This document shows, piece by piece, positions 36,558 through 47,900 of a stretch of DNA of 64,000 bases. The stretch's first letter is position 1. Every line of letters starts with the position of its first letter. The stretch is from positions 1-64,000 of the IMG/VR virus record IMGVR_UViG_3300034418_006582; one strand, given 5' to 3'. The position numbers were made by a program, and so were the translations under genes. The stretch comes from a virus. The notes under the pieces are model-generated. The model was not told the DNA's origin. It ran no database searches and saw only the letters and a list, made by a program, of their open reading frames with translations.

Positions 36558-38036
36558 ATGTCTGAAGAGTATAAAAAAATAGATGTAGAGTTTAGTAAAT
36601 CAGAAGGTGAAGAAGGCAAAGTCAAAGCTGTATTTTCTGTTTTCAACGATGTGGACAGTGACGGTGATGTCGTTTTACCTACAGCTATCAAATCAGGTTT
36701 TGATCCAGTAAATGAAGAAGTACCAATGGTCTGGGCGCACCAATGGGATAAGCCAATAGGTAGAGGAAAGATTGTAAAAGATGGTGAAAAAGCAGTTTTT
36801 GACGGTGAGTTTTTTATGGACACTGACAGTGGATCAGAGGCTTACAAACTTGTCAAGAATATGGGTAATTTGCAACAATGGTCTTTTGGTTTTAGAGTAG
36901 AAGATTCAGAATATGGAAAGTTTAAAAAATCATCTGATCAAGATGAGCAAGATGTTCGATACCTCAAAAATTTATCGGTATATGAAGTTAGCCCAGTTTT
37001 GGTTGGAGCTAACCAAGATACATTCACTATGGCAATTAAGTCAACAAACAAAGACACCGATGAGAAAGGTGTTCTTGGACACGACAGTTTCCAATCTGAA
37101 GATCAAGATGAAGAAGTTGAAGAGAAAAATAAATTAGCTGGAGATCTATACAACACACAAGAAGAAGCTGAGGAAAGAGCAAAACAACTTGGCTGTTCTG
37201 GATCTCATAGTATAGATAGCAATGGATCCGTGTATTTTATGCCATGCGCAACTCATGAACAATATGAGGAAAGTATGAAAAAAGAAGCTAAGACACACAC
37301 TGAACAACATGCAGCAATGGAAGCTCTTGGAAATATTGCAAATGACATGAAAGATATTTTACAAGCAATTCCAAAAGATGAAAATGCAGACTTGCCACAG
37401 TGGTGGGTTGATTTAGTCAGGGAAGTTGCTGAAAAAATGAAACAGGTTAAAGACAATCTTATAGAACCTGATCCTGAAAAGATACAAAATTTAGAAGTTT
37501 CGGAAAAGAGTGCCAGCGTGCAAGGTAAACGCTTTTCTGATGAGGTAAAAGATGTGCTTGCAGCATTGAATAGCCTAGTCGCCAGAGTTCAAGCTATAGG
37601 AGAACTCCGACAAAAGAATGGTAGGAAGTTGGGGGTTTCAGCAACAGAAGCTCTCAGAACAGTTCAAGAAAGTGTCGCAGATGCTTTTGATGAACTAGAT
37701 AAATTCGTAGAAGAATTTGGAAGTGAGGGTGCATTGGAAACTGAAACAGTTGAAAATACCGAAATAGAAGATCAAATAGCAGAAACTGAAGTAGAAATTT
37801 CAGACGAAGTTGAAACTGAAGAGGAAGTAGTAGAGGAAGAACCAAAAGCTGAGGCTGAGGTTGTAGATCCTGCTGAAGAACCAGAGGTTGATACAGGTGA
37901 TGAAAGAGAAACTGAGGAACCTGTTGATCAAGTAGAAGTAGAAGTAGACACAGAGTTAGATAATCTTTGGCTAGAAAGTCAAGAAGTATTGTCTGACATT
38001 ACATTAACCGACATTGAATTAGAAGACACAGAATAA
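36558..38036 (+). CDS. HK97-family prohead protease with insertions and acidic tail
   Basis: VFNDVDSDGD, WAHQW..PIG, WSFGF and YEVSPVLVGAN motifs. Confidence 0.92.
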   Translation: MSEEYKKIDVEFSKSEGEEGKVKAVFSVFNDVDSDGDVVLPTAIKSGFDPVNEEVPMVWAHQWDKPIGRGKIVKDGEKAVFDGEFFMDTDSGSEAYKLVKNMGNLQQWSFGFRVEDSEYGKFKKSSDQDEQDVRYLKNLSVYEVSPVLVGANQDTFTMAIKSTNKDTDEKGVLGHDSFQSEDQDEEVEEKNKLAGDLYNTQEEAEERAKQLGCSGSHSIDSNGSVYFMPCATHEQYEESMKKEAKTHTEQHAAMEALGNIANDMKDILQAIPKDENADLPQWWVDLVREVAEKMKQVKDNLIEPDPEKIQNLEVSEKSASVQGKRFSDEVKDVLAALNSLVARVQAIGELRQKNGRKLGVSATEALRTVQESVADAFDELDKFVEEFGSEGALETETVENTEIEDQIAETEVEISDEVETEEEVVEEEPKAEAEVVDPAEEPEVDTGDERETEEPVDQVEVEVDTELDNLWLESQEVLSDITLTDIELEDTE

Positions 38037-38053
38037 ATTATCGAGGAGTAATA

Positions 38054-39292
38054 ATGGATGTAAAAAAAATCCGTGAAGACATCGCTAAAGAATCTGCTGA
38101 ATTAAAAGGTCTTTTTGACCAAATCTCAGAACAAGACGGTGGCGCTACTTCAGAGCAAAAAAAATCTATCGTTGATAGAAATGAAGCTCTTAAAGGTTTA
38201 AGAGATGATCTTAAAGTAGCTGAAGCTAAATCTAAATTAGATATGAGCGACAGCCCTGTAGCAAGCATACCTAACCCATCAGAAGAATCAAAAGGTTCAT
38301 CTTTTGGTGCAGAAGTTCTAAAATCAGCAGCTTACAAAAGCTATGTTGAAAATGGTGCTAAGAATATTCAAAGCACAGTTCCTTTTGAAGTTAAGACTAA
38401 CTTAACTACAACTGGATACCCACCAGAGTCTTTAAGACAACCTGGTATTTTGGAAACAGCTCTTCGTGATCCTAATGCAGTTATTGGATTGTTTGATCAA
38501 ATTCAAACAGATCAAAACGCTTTCGTTTATTTGGAAGAAACAACTTTCACAAATAACGCAGCTGAAGCCGCAGAGGCAGCAGCAGTTGGTGAAGCAGCAT
38601 TAGCATTCACAGAGAGAACAGCCACAATTTCAAAACTTGGTGTAAATATACCAGTTACTGATGAATTAATGGCAGATGTTTCTGGCCTTGAGGGATATTT
38701 GAACTCAAGATTGCAAACAATGATCAGACTTCGTTTGGACAGCCAACTTCTTTCAGGAGATGGTACTTCCCCAAACCTAGAAGGTATCTTAGACGCTGGT
38801 AAAGCAAGCGTTGGATCAACTGATTATTCCAGCTACGCAGGTGGCTTAGGCAGAATTGGCGCAATTTATAATGCAATTACCGATATTCGTGTAAATGCTT
38901 TTACTGAGCCAGATGCTGTTGTTATCCACCCTAATGATTGGGCGCAAATCGTACTTCAATTAGATGAAGACTTTGCAGGCACAAGCTCTGCTGGATATAC
39001 AGCTAAAAGCCCTGTATTTGCTAGCGCAGGTGGTTTTGCTGGAGGAGTAGCTAATCAATTGTGGGGACTTAAAGTCGTTCCTTCAACAGCTATTTCCGAA
39101 GGTACCATGCTAGTTGGTAAATTTGGTGGTGGAGAAGCTGCACATGTTGTCATGAGACAAGGTATTGACATCGCAGTTTCTGATTCACATGGTGAAAACT
39201 TTACAAAGAACATCATGGTGATCAGAGCTACAATGCGTGTTGGATTCCCTGTTTACAGACAAGCAGCATTCCATAAGATCACAAACGCTTAA
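38054..39292 (+). CDS. Major capsid protein (HK97 fold)
   Basis: Coiled-coil delta domain; DSQLLSGDG, IHPNDW, LWGLKVV and FTKN..IRA..R motifs. Confidence 0.95.
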   Translation: MDVKKIREDIAKESAELKGLFDQISEQDGGATSEQKKSIVDRNEALKGLRDDLKVAEAKSKLDMSDSPVASIPNPSEESKGSSFGAEVLKSAAYKSYVENGAKNIQSTVPFEVKTNLTTTGYPPESLRQPGILETALRDPNAVIGLFDQIQTDQNAFVYLEETTFTNNAAEAAEAAAVGEAALAFTERTATISKLGVNIPVTDELMADVSGLEGYLNSRLQTMIRLRLDSQLLSGDGTSPNLEGILDAGKASVGSTDYSSYAGGLGRIGAIYNAITDIRVNAFTEPDAVVIHPNDWAQIVLQLDEDFAGTSSAGYTAKSPVFASAGGFAGGVANQLWGLKVVPSTAISEGTMLVGKFGGGEAAHVVMRQGIDIAVSDSHGENFTKNIMVIRATMRVGFPVYRQAAFHKITNA

Positions 39293-39310
39293 TTTTATTA
39301 AGTAGTTTTA

Positions 39311-39334
39311 GTATGGGGGCTAACGCCCCCATAC
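39311..39334 (+). terminator. Hairpin after the capsid gene
   Basis: GTATGGGGGC-TAAC-GCCCCCATAC. Confidence 0.65.
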
Positions 39335-39390
39335 GCATTTAAGAGGCAAAAACCCAAAAAGTATTAAAAGTAAGTTAGGATTAAATCATT

Positions 39391-39627
39391 ATGGCAGAGA
39401 AATTTATAACATTAGAGAAAGATTTATGGCAAATGGGCGATGGATCCTTTTTTGAAGGACCTAAAGCTGAACTTCCAAAATCAAATGCTTCTAAGTTAGG
39501 TGGCGCTGGTAAAAGCTACCCAGAAAGTTATTTGAAAGAAATTGGATATATTAAGCCAGAAAAGAAAGTTTCTAAAAAGAAAGTTGAAAATAAGGCTGTT
39601 AAGCCAAAAGATGTAGAAGATAAGTAA
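39391..39627 (+). CDS. Small Lys-rich virion-associated protein
   Basis: Position after capsid; ENKAVKP motif. Confidence 0.65.
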   Translation: MAEKFITLEKDLWQMGDGSFFEGPKAELPKSNASKLGGAGKSYPESYLKEIGYIKPEKKVSKKKVENKAVKPKDVEDK

Positions 39628-39638
39628 GGAGATCCTAA

Positions 39639-40277
39639 ATGGCTCTCTGTAGTTATTCTGATGTAGAAGCTATTGTCCAAATTGACTTTAGCTCTACATT
39701 ACAAACATCAATCACAAATAATATTATTCCATTTGCTGATCAGGTTATTAAAACATATTTAGGTTATGATATTGAATTAGCAGATCATACAGAAATATTA
39801 TTCGGTGATAATATCAGGGAACTTGCTTTAAAGCATATTCCTGTAAATTCGATAACATCAATCACTGAAGATGGTAATAGTTTATCAGAGGGTAATGAAT
39901 CTGATTATGTTTACCATAGTAATGGTAGAGTCGAAAGAGTACTAGGTCGTTGGTCTGGTGCTAAACCTAAAAACATCACAATTGTTTATAACGCAGGATA
40001 TTCTACAATTCCTGACGACATAAAGTTTACAAGTGCAAGAGTTTCTGCAAGAATTGTCATGTCTGCCTTAAACTTGAGCAGTCAAGCTAAGACAGGCACA
40101 GTTGAAACACATTTAAGTGATTCAACTAATGGGGCTACTATGACAAATGTAATTGAAGAACGCATTGGAGATCTTGCTGTGAGATTTGCTGATCCTTTAG
40201 CATATTTCGATGGCGAAGTTCTCAAGCAATCAGATAAACTCTTATTACAACCATATAAAAAGCAGGTATTCGTTTAA
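39639..40277 (+). CDS. Head-tail adaptor
   Basis: PVNSITSI..IVYNAGY..IPDDIK; synteny. Confidence 0.8.
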   Translation: MALCSYSDVEAIVQIDFSSTLQTSITNNIIPFADQVIKTYLGYDIELADHTEILFGDNIRELALKHIPVNSITSITEDGNSLSEGNESDYVYHSNGRVERVLGRWSGAKPKNITIVYNAGYSTIPDDIKFTSARVSARIVMSALNLSSQAKTGTVETHLSDSTNGATMTNVIEERIGDLAVRFADPLAYFDGEVLKQSDKLLLQPYKKQVFV

Positions 40278-40422
40278 TGGATCTTGCAACATATGTGTAT
40301 CTAATAGGATTTCTAAACTATCACGGTTTAATGTCTGTTTACCTAAATAATTACACAAGAGAGAGAGTTGATATGGAAAGTTATGTCAACCAAAAATTTA
40401 GTGAAATTATTGCAGGTGAAGA

Positions 40423-40716
40423 GTGGAATATAAAGAGGAATCTCTAAGTAATTTATTAAGATTACAAGAACTATGGTGGCAAGTCGATGCCAACTGTAAA
40501 GACGCTGATCCAGACATCTTTTTTCCTGAAAGAGGTGCAAGCACTAGACAAGCAAAAGAATTATGTAATTCCTGTAAAGCTCAAGAACACTGTTTAGAAT
40601 ATGCAATAGTAAATGCAGAAAAGTTTGGAATATGGGGTGGCTTATCTGAAAGAGAGCGTAGGAAAATTCGTAAACAAAGAGGATTAACTAGAAAGCGTAG
40701 GAAAAATGCCAAGTAG
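40423..40716 (+). CDS. whiB: WhiB family transcriptional regulator
   Basis: ANC..DPDIFFP..AKELCNSC..C..FGIWGGLSERER. Confidence 0.95.
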   Translation: MEYKEESLSNLLRLQELWWQVDANCKDADPDIFFPERGASTRQAKELCNSCKAQEHCLEYAIVNAEKFGIWGGLSERERRKIRKQRGLTRKRRKNAK

Positions 40717-41251
40717 AAGATTGCCTAGTGTAGAAGAAGCATATGAATTATTTAAAAAAGATCCATATAAGCGTTTAAGTGAATGGGCTAAAGAATGGGA
40801 CTGTTCACACGAAAGAGTTAGACAGTTAAGAGATCAAGCAGGATTTCCGAAAATATCAGAAATAGATTACAAGATATCTAGGAAAGTAGTTGAAAGAATT
40901 AGATCAGGTGAATACACATTAACTAGGCGAATTACATATGCTGACCTTCCTATTGGTTATGAAAAGTTTGTAAGTTGGTACGAAGAGGATCCAGCCATAT
41001 ATCTCGCTGTTCTTGAGGCTCAACAATGGGCATATAATCAAAAAATGAACCCTACTGAAAAAGTTTGTGAGGGCTGTAAAGAAAAAAAGCCTATTGATCA
41101 ATATAAGCGATCTGCTAAATATATTGACGGATATTCAAAATATTGTAAAGATTATCCAGATTGTACCAACATTGATATAAAAGAAAAATTAAATAATTTA
41201 GAAGATATGCGTAGCAGGTTAGATAAACTTAGAAAAAGTTTAGATACCTAA
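40706..41251 (+). CDS. HTH plus zinc-finger protein
   Basis: SHERVRQL; KVCEGC..YCK..C. Confidence 0.6.
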   Translation: MPSRRLPSVEEAYELFKKDPYKRLSEWAKEWDCSHERVRQLRDQAGFPKISEIDYKISRKVVERIRSGEYTLTRRITYADLPIGYEKFVSWYEEDPAIYLAVLEAQQWAYNQKMNPTEKVCEGCKEKKPIDQYKRSAKYIDGYSKYCKDYPDCTNIDIKEKLNNLEDMRSRLDKLRKSLDT

Positions 41252-41281
41252 AAAATAGCTTTTAATTAGTAAAGTATAGGT

Positions 41282-41617
41282 ATGTCTTACAACTACCAAA
41301 CATATCTAAAAGAAACTGTCGTATTCCAATCTGCTGGAACATCTACAGTCGATGAAAGAGGATTGTATAATTCTGATTGGGTTGATGATATTACTACAAA
41401 ATGTCGTATTGATCCAAGGACATCAGATGAGGATAGTGGAACTAGAGATACTGAAGTATCTGAAATTGATATCCATATTCCTGCAAATGTAAATGTAAAA
41501 ACTTCACACAGAGCAGTATTGAATAGTAAATATTACGATGTATTGGGTATTGAGGAAAAGAAAAATAGATATTCAAACCCAGTAATCAAAACAGTCACAA
41601 TGCGTAGGAGTGGTTAA
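41282..41617 (+). CDS. Head closure/stopper protein
   Basis: DERG..W..CRI..YYDV; synteny. Confidence 0.7.
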   Translation: MSYNYQTYLKETVVFQSAGTSTVDERGLYNSDWVDDITTKCRIDPRTSDEDSGTRDTEVSEIDIHIPANVNVKTSHRAVLNSKYYDVLGIEEKKNRYSNPVIKTVTMRRSG

Positions 41618-42675
41618 TGGGTGTAAAACAAATAAATCCTTCAAAAGTTAACAGGTTTAGAAATTTTTTATACAATACTTCATCAGCAAGATACGGAACT
41701 GGTAACTTAATATCTTTAAATGTTTATCAAAATAATTTAAGAGGTATTCGTAGGATTTCTCTTACAACAGCAAGGCTTACTTCAGATTTAAAATCTATAT
41801 CACCTGGTGGTCAGGGTATAAAGTTTAGGGTAGGTCGTAGAGTTGCAGGTCGTATTGCTGGTAAATTTGGTCAAGCTGTAATTCCACAGGGTTTAGGATT
41901 TGCGTCACGATTAGCTAACAATTTTTACGGTAGATATGTTGGTAGAGAAATACAACAGTTCTTTAATAGAAAAACACAAATTCAAGCATACATAAATGGA
42001 TATGCTATGACAGAAGAAGCCAAGAAAGCAATTTTACTAGAACCTAAAATGCAAAGGCAATATCAGGCAGCAAAGTTTAGTTATGAAACTTCTGGCGTTA
42101 GTGTGTCGGAATATAGCCCAGTAAAGTTTTTGTCAACTATACAAGCATATATGATTGGTTTAAATTCAGGTGGAATGGCAGGTGCGCCTATTCTTTCTGG
42201 TTCATTAATTGATAGTATTAATAATCGTGGATTTACAACTAATGATCCAGAAGCGCTAGTTGCAGGAACTATTACAGTAGGATCTTCTGAAGGTAATTTT
42301 GGCGATGTTGCTGATCTAGCACCTTATTGGTGGAAAACAATATACAAAGGTGCATTTTATGATCTTCGTAAATTTGGAATTAATAATCATAGTCAGTGGA
42401 TAAATTCTAGTAAACCTTATTGGTGGGGACATGCAGTTAAAATGGCTATAGCAGACGAATTACCTAAAAGATTAGAAGTTGCTACTAAGCATATAGAAAA
42501 CTGGGAGTTTCAATTTAGACCTCAAAGTGCTTTAACACCTAAATATTTACAACCAGGTATTCCTAAAGGTGGTTGGAACTCTTTTGAGCTTTCAGCTAGA
42601 AATGTTACAGATGAGGATCGTAGTTTATTAAGAGCAATGGGGTATGAAGCAGGTGTACCAGGAAAGATGAGATAA
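41617..42675 (+). CDS. Neck/tail-completion protein (gp10-like) with basic extension
   Basis: APILSGSLIDSI..APY; synteny. Confidence 0.55.
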   Translation: MGVKQINPSKVNRFRNFLYNTSSARYGTGNLISLNVYQNNLRGIRRISLTTARLTSDLKSISPGGQGIKFRVGRRVAGRIAGKFGQAVIPQGLGFASRLANNFYGRYVGREIQQFFNRKTQIQAYINGYAMTEEAKKAILLEPKMQRQYQAAKFSYETSGVSVSEYSPVKFLSTIQAYMIGLNSGGMAGAPILSGSLIDSINNRGFTTNDPEALVAGTITVGSSEGNFGDVADLAPYWWKTIYKGAFYDLRKFGINNHSQWINSSKPYWWGHAVKMAIADELPKRLEVATKHIENWEFQFRPQSALTPKYLQPGIPKGGWNSFELSARNVTDEDRSLLRAMGYEAGVPGKMR

Positions 42676-43148
42676 TGCAAGGAATTGAATATGCAAATAT
42701 GCCACCTGACGCTGAAATTATATTTCGCCAATGGTTATTAGATCAAACAGCAATTACAGATCTAATTAGTACAAGAGTTGCTACAAGGCTACCTTTAGAA
42801 CCAACACTTCCATTTGTTGTCATAACTAATAGAGGTAGTGCATTAATTAACCCTGCAAGCCAAACAGCTATCAATGAGTCAGATTTTTCTATTGATTGTT
42901 ATGCAGGTCGTTGGGGTGGAGATGGAACTAAACCAGAGCCAGATTATTCTACAGCTTCAAATGTAGCACAAGTAATATCTTCACAAATATTTAAAGCTGG
43001 AAGTTCAATGGTGGAAACTTCTGGTGGAACTAAAGCAAAAATATATGGTTTTGAAATAACTTCTATGCCTACAAGAGTTGAGGAAGAAGAGATACTCGTA
43101 GCTAACTTTTCTATAGGCGTAACTATGTTCTATAGACATTCCGAATAA
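42675..43148 (+). CDS. Tail terminator
   Basis: RVATRLP..LPFVVI..IDCYA; synteny. Confidence 0.75.
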   Translation: MQGIEYANMPPDAEIIFRQWLLDQTAITDLISTRVATRLPLEPTLPFVVITNRGSALINPASQTAINESDFSIDCYAGRWGGDGTKPEPDYSTASNVAQVISSQIFKAGSSMVETSGGTKAKIYGFEITSMPTRVEEEEILVANFSIGVTMFYRHSE

Positions 43149-43194
43149 CACTAATCTGCAAATTAATCCTCTAATATATTGCTTGAGGTAAATT

Positions 43195-43503
43195 ATGGCA
43201 AATAGTAAAAAGATTAAAGTTAAAGTTAATCCGATCTATCCAGCAGATAGTATTGGTGACGCTATTACTGGTATTAAATTTACCAAAGATGTATGGGAAG
43301 AAGTAAGCCTTAAAGACTGGAGTAGGTTAAAAGAATCCAGAGGTCGTATGTGGGATCATAGCATGCCAAGATTTATCACAGAAGATCAAGACTGGAAAAT
43401 TACAAGAGTCAAAGAATCTGAATTGACTATAGACAATATGGTTGATCCAGTTGTTGAAGAGCCTGACATTTCTGAAGATTGGTATGGATCCGAGGAAGAG
43501 TAA
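43195..43503 (+). CDS. Hypothetical protein
   Basis: GAGG RBS. Confidence 0.65.
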   Translation: MANSKKIKVKVNPIYPADSIGDAITGIKFTKDVWEEVSLKDWSRLKESRGRMWDHSMPRFITEDQDWKITRVKESELTIDNMVDPVVEEPDISEDWYGSEEE

Positions 43504-43549
43504 AAGATATGTTTGCAAACATATTAGAAGTATAAGTTAGGAGTATTGT

Positions 43550-44203
43550 ATGTCAACAACATCATATAATACATCAGGTACAATATCTGATGTGCTTATC
43601 GGCACAGGTGTTTTGTATGCAGCTAATAAAGGAACAGCGTTCCCAGGTGCAGACAGCACTACAGCTACTGAGTGGGCAGAAATTGCCTCTGGGTGGTCAG
43701 ATGTTGGTTATTCCGAAGATGGATGGACTCTAGAGTACGATAAGTCTTTTGAGGACATCATGGTTGCAGAGGAAATTGATCCAATTAAATCAGTTAAAAC
43801 TGCACAAGAAATAAGAATCACTGGAACACTAGCTCAAGCAAGTTTAACAAACTTAAACCTTGCTTTTGGTGGTGGAACTCTAGATGAAGATGACACAGCA
43901 TACGGAGATGGATATGACACATTAGTGCCACCAGCTACAACTGGTTTTAACGAAAAGTCATTATTGTTAGTAACTGAAGGTGCCTCTGGTGCAATCAGAC
44001 ACTTTCAAATTCCTAGAGCTGTCAATGTTGGTGCATTTTCTATGGCTCATCAAAAAGCACCTCAAAAAGTGCTTATTGCTGTTGAGTTTAAAATTCTAGT
44101 TCCAGATTCAAGTTCAACATCTGTTGGAACAACTGATGGAAAAGAAAATCTATTTAGAATAGTAGAAAATACTAACGGCTCAACTGAAGGAGTTGTTAAC
44201 TAA
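43550..44203 (+). CDS. Major tail tube protein
   Basis: VLIGTGVLY..WSDVGYSEDG; synteny. Confidence 0.85.
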   Translation: MSTTSYNTSGTISDVLIGTGVLYAANKGTAFPGADSTTATEWAEIASGWSDVGYSEDGWTLEYDKSFEDIMVAEEIDPIKSVKTAQEIRITGTLAQASLTNLNLAFGGGTLDEDDTAYGDGYDTLVPPATTGFNEKSLLLVTEGASGAIRHFQIPRAVNVGAFSMAHQKAPQKVLIAVEFKILVPDSSSTSVGTTDGKENLFRIVENTNGSTEGVVN

Positions 44204-44231
44204 TTCGCTTTAAAGATGGGAGGAGAAACAC

Positions 44232-44582
44232 ATGAGTAAGCGTTTTAAAGATTTTAGTGCTGCGAAAGAGGGCGTTAATAAGGAACCAATTGTGATTGGG
44301 GTAGACGGAGAAGAATTTACTTTTCCACCTTTCCTTACAGCAGAGACTGTTTTAACACAGTTAACATGGCTGGAAGAAGATGGCTCAATCGCAGCACCAA
44401 ATCTACCAAAATGGTTTGTCGCAATTATGGGACAAGACAATTTTGATAAAATATCAGCAAAGGTAGATCTACCTACATTGCAAGAAATATCACAACATCT
44501 TATGTCTGAATACGGTATGACACCAGAAGATCTTAATGCTGTACCAGTTGAAGACGAGGATGAGGGTGATAGCCCAAAATAA
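44232..44582 (+). CDS. Tail assembly chaperone (G)
   Basis: Between tube and tape measure; ends in slippery C CCA AAA. Confidence 0.8.
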   Translation: MSKRFKDFSAAKEGVNKEPIVIGVDGEEFTFPPFLTAETVLTQLTWLEEDGSIAAPNLPKWFVAIMGQDNFDKISAKVDLPTLQEISQHLMSEYGMTPEDLNAVPVEDEDEGDSPK

Positions 44583-44926
44583 GTTATTCAATTGATGACA
44601 TACTAGATAAATGGTCAGCAGTTGAATCAGACTTTATAAAAATATATAACATATATGAACCATTAGAAATTGAATGGCGCAAATTTTACAGATTGCTTGG
44701 TACAATTCCTATAGATCAATCATTATTCTTTGCAGACGCATATAAGGCAATAGTGGATGGTGATGATCCAACGGAAGCATTGTCTAAAGATCCACCAAAA
44801 AATTGGTATAAAGAGGAACTAGACAAACGCAGAGGTAGATCGAAAAGGCAAAGAGTTGCCACTTCCATAGATGATATGATCACAGATCAAAAGAGAATAG
44901 GTAAAGAAGATGCCCCCACAAGCTAA
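44573..44926 (+). CDS. Tail assembly chaperone -1 frameshift extension (T)
   Basis: -1 frame is open from 44573 through the 44693-44926 ORF. Confidence 0.75.
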   Translation, partial: PKISYSIDDILDKWSAVESDFIKIYNIYEPLEIEWRKFYRLLGTIPIDQSLFFADAYKAIVDGDDPTEALSKDPPKNWYKEELDKRRGRSKRQRVATSIDDMITDQKRIGKEDAPTS

Positions 44927-47900
44927 GGTTGGATTTCTAAAATTAATGATCGGTGCTACACCAGTAGGTGATGCACTTCGTAATGACATACAACAAAGTG
45001 GTCAGGCTATGTCCGATGCCACCAAAAAACTTCAATCAGCGCAGTATGCAATTATTTCAGGTGCTTTAGTTGGTATAGCAGCAGTAACATTTGAATTGAT
45101 AAAAGCTGTACAAGCTACAGCAATGTTTGAAAGTGCTTTTGCAGGAATAAGAAAAACAGTAGAGGCTAGTGAGTCTCAATTTGAAGATTTATCAAGATCT
45201 ATTTTAAGAATGTCAACAACAATACCTGTATCAGCAGGTGAGCTGGCAAGAATTGGTGAGTTAGGTGGTCAGTTAGGTATATCTGTACAAAACTTACCAG
45301 AATTTATTTCTACTGTTTCTACTCTTGCAACTACTACTAACTTAACAGTTGACAATGCAGCGCTTGGTCTTGCACGACTTGACGCAATTGCTCAAACTAA
45401 TGGTGAAACATTTTCTAATTTAGCTTCAACAATTGTAGATCTTGGTAACAACTTTGCAGCTACTGAATCTGAAATTATGACAACTGTTTTGCGTATTGCT
45501 CAGGCAGCAGCACAGGTTGGTGCAACAACACAAGATGCTTTAGCTTTTGCAACTGCACTTCAAGCTATTGGTGTTCCAGCTCAGGCTGGTGGTACTGCTG
45601 TAGCTCGTGTATTTCAGAGTATTCAATCAGCAATAATACAAGCTGGTGAAGATGCAGAAATATTTGCTAAAGTTGCTTCAAGATCTGGAAAAGTAAGTGC
45701 TGAAGGTTTTGCACAAATGTTTGGTGAGGATCCAGCTTATGCAGCTCAATTATTTATTGAGGGCTTAGGTAATATGAATGAAGCTGGTGAAGATGTCATA
45801 ACAGTACTTGATAAATTAGGATTATCACAAAGAAGAACTACTCTTGCGATATTAGGTTTAGCTGAAGCAGAAGATCTATTAGATAGAGCAATGAACACTA
45901 GTAGAGATGCTCATGAGGCAAATACAGCAGCTACTGAAGAGGCTATTAAAAGATATTCAACTTTAGAATCTCAGCTACAAATAACAAAAAACGCATTTAA
46001 CGAGTTACAGGTTCAAATTGGTGAAAATGTTGCACCAGCAGTAAAAGGATTTAACGATATTATTCAAGAAACAATTATAGGTTTAACTAATTCTGGTGCG
46101 GCATTTAACATATTAGTAGGATCAGTAGCTGTATTCTCAATTATGATCTTAAGAGCAATTGCTCATATGTACTCTATCAAAAAAGTTTTAAAACAGTTAC
46201 AGTTTTCTTTTGCTTATGCTTTTACAGGACCAGCAGCTTGGATTGCAGCTATTACAGCTGCGCTTGCATTTTTAGCAATTAAAATTGCTAACGCAAAAGG
46301 CGAAATGGATCAGTTGGTCAGATCCGTGGAAACATTTGTACAAGACGGTGATATAACAAGAAATACAATAAAAGGTTTAATAGATACAACACAAGAATTT
46401 GAAAAAGCACTTCGAGGATACAACGAAGAAGCAAGAAAAACTATCAAAGAAAATCTTATAAATAATTTAACAGGTACACCAGAAGAGAGGCAAGCATATA
46501 TAGACAGTATTGAACAAGTCATTGATAAAAATGAAGATCTTATAAATGTAACAAATGGCTTGTTAAAGCATGCTTTTGGTAGAGATATGCGAGAAGCTGT
46601 TAGAAATGGAACAATGGATTATGAAGAATTTGTAGCTGAAATGGAGCGTATCAACAATCTTTCAATTGCATCACCGTTTAGAAATATGAGTGAAGAATCA
46701 TCACAAATGTTATTCCAAGCATTTAAGATGTCAAATTATAGAGGCTACCTACAAGAACAAGAAAATAATTTAAGAAATCAAAATAGATTGTTAGAAGATG
46801 AATTAGGTATAGCAAAAGATCTTACTAAAGCTCTTGAAATTTATGAAAAAAATAGAGATGAAAAAATAAGAAATGACGCAATAGAAGCTCTTGGTATAGA
46901 TAAGTTAGCTGAAGAGGGAACACATTTTAGATATGTTCAAGAAGAGCAGATAAAAGCCTACATAGAAAATAACAAACAACATGATGAGGCAGCTAAAAAA
47001 TATCAAGAAGAACGAGAGGCTATCTTAGAGCTTGATACAGTTTATTCAACAATAACTGACAATATTAAAAAGAATACAGATAGTTTTGTAGCAAGTCTTG
47101 AGGCTTTGCCTGAAGCAACTGCCATGACAGCAGATGAAATGTTAAAAAACTTTAAAGAAAGATTTGCAATAGCACAAATATTTAAAGATCAAATGAAGCA
47201 ACTTGAAGATGCAGGTTATGATGATTTAGGGCTTTTAGTTTCATCATTAGGTCCAGAATTTGCACCAAGTCTTGCAAACTTATTAAAAGATCCAGAAGTA
47301 ATGAATGCTATTGAAGCTGGTTTAGAGGCACAAAGAATAACTGCAAGTGAAAATTTAAAAGAGAATACAGCTAAAGTCATTAATACTTACGGTGATACAT
47401 ATGCAAAATTAGGTAAAGATCTAGCATCTAATATGATGCAGGGTGCTATTGATGGACTAGAAGCTGAAGAAGAAGAGTATTACAAAACAATTGATAAGAT
47501 AATATCAAATGGTATTACTGTAGCTAATTTAGCTGCTGGTAACAAATCTCCATCATGGAAAACAGCTAGAATATCTAAATTCATGATATTGGGTTTTGTA
47601 AAAGGTATTAAAGATAATTACCCACAACTAGAAACAACTTGGAAAGAGACTGTTATTGATTTAGTAACAGTTATAGAGCAAAGTGTTGGTGATGCTATGA
47701 ATAGGATCAACACTGTATTCGGAACTCAATTTGGTTTATTTGGTGCGCAAAATAATTTAATACAAAATGAACAAAAATACAACGAATTATTAGAAAAAAG
47801 AAATGTATTACTAAAAGGTAATACAGCAGAACAAATAATATCTATTAGAGAGGCTCAAGATAAAGTTGATTTTTTAAGAATTGCATATAAAGAAGGTACT

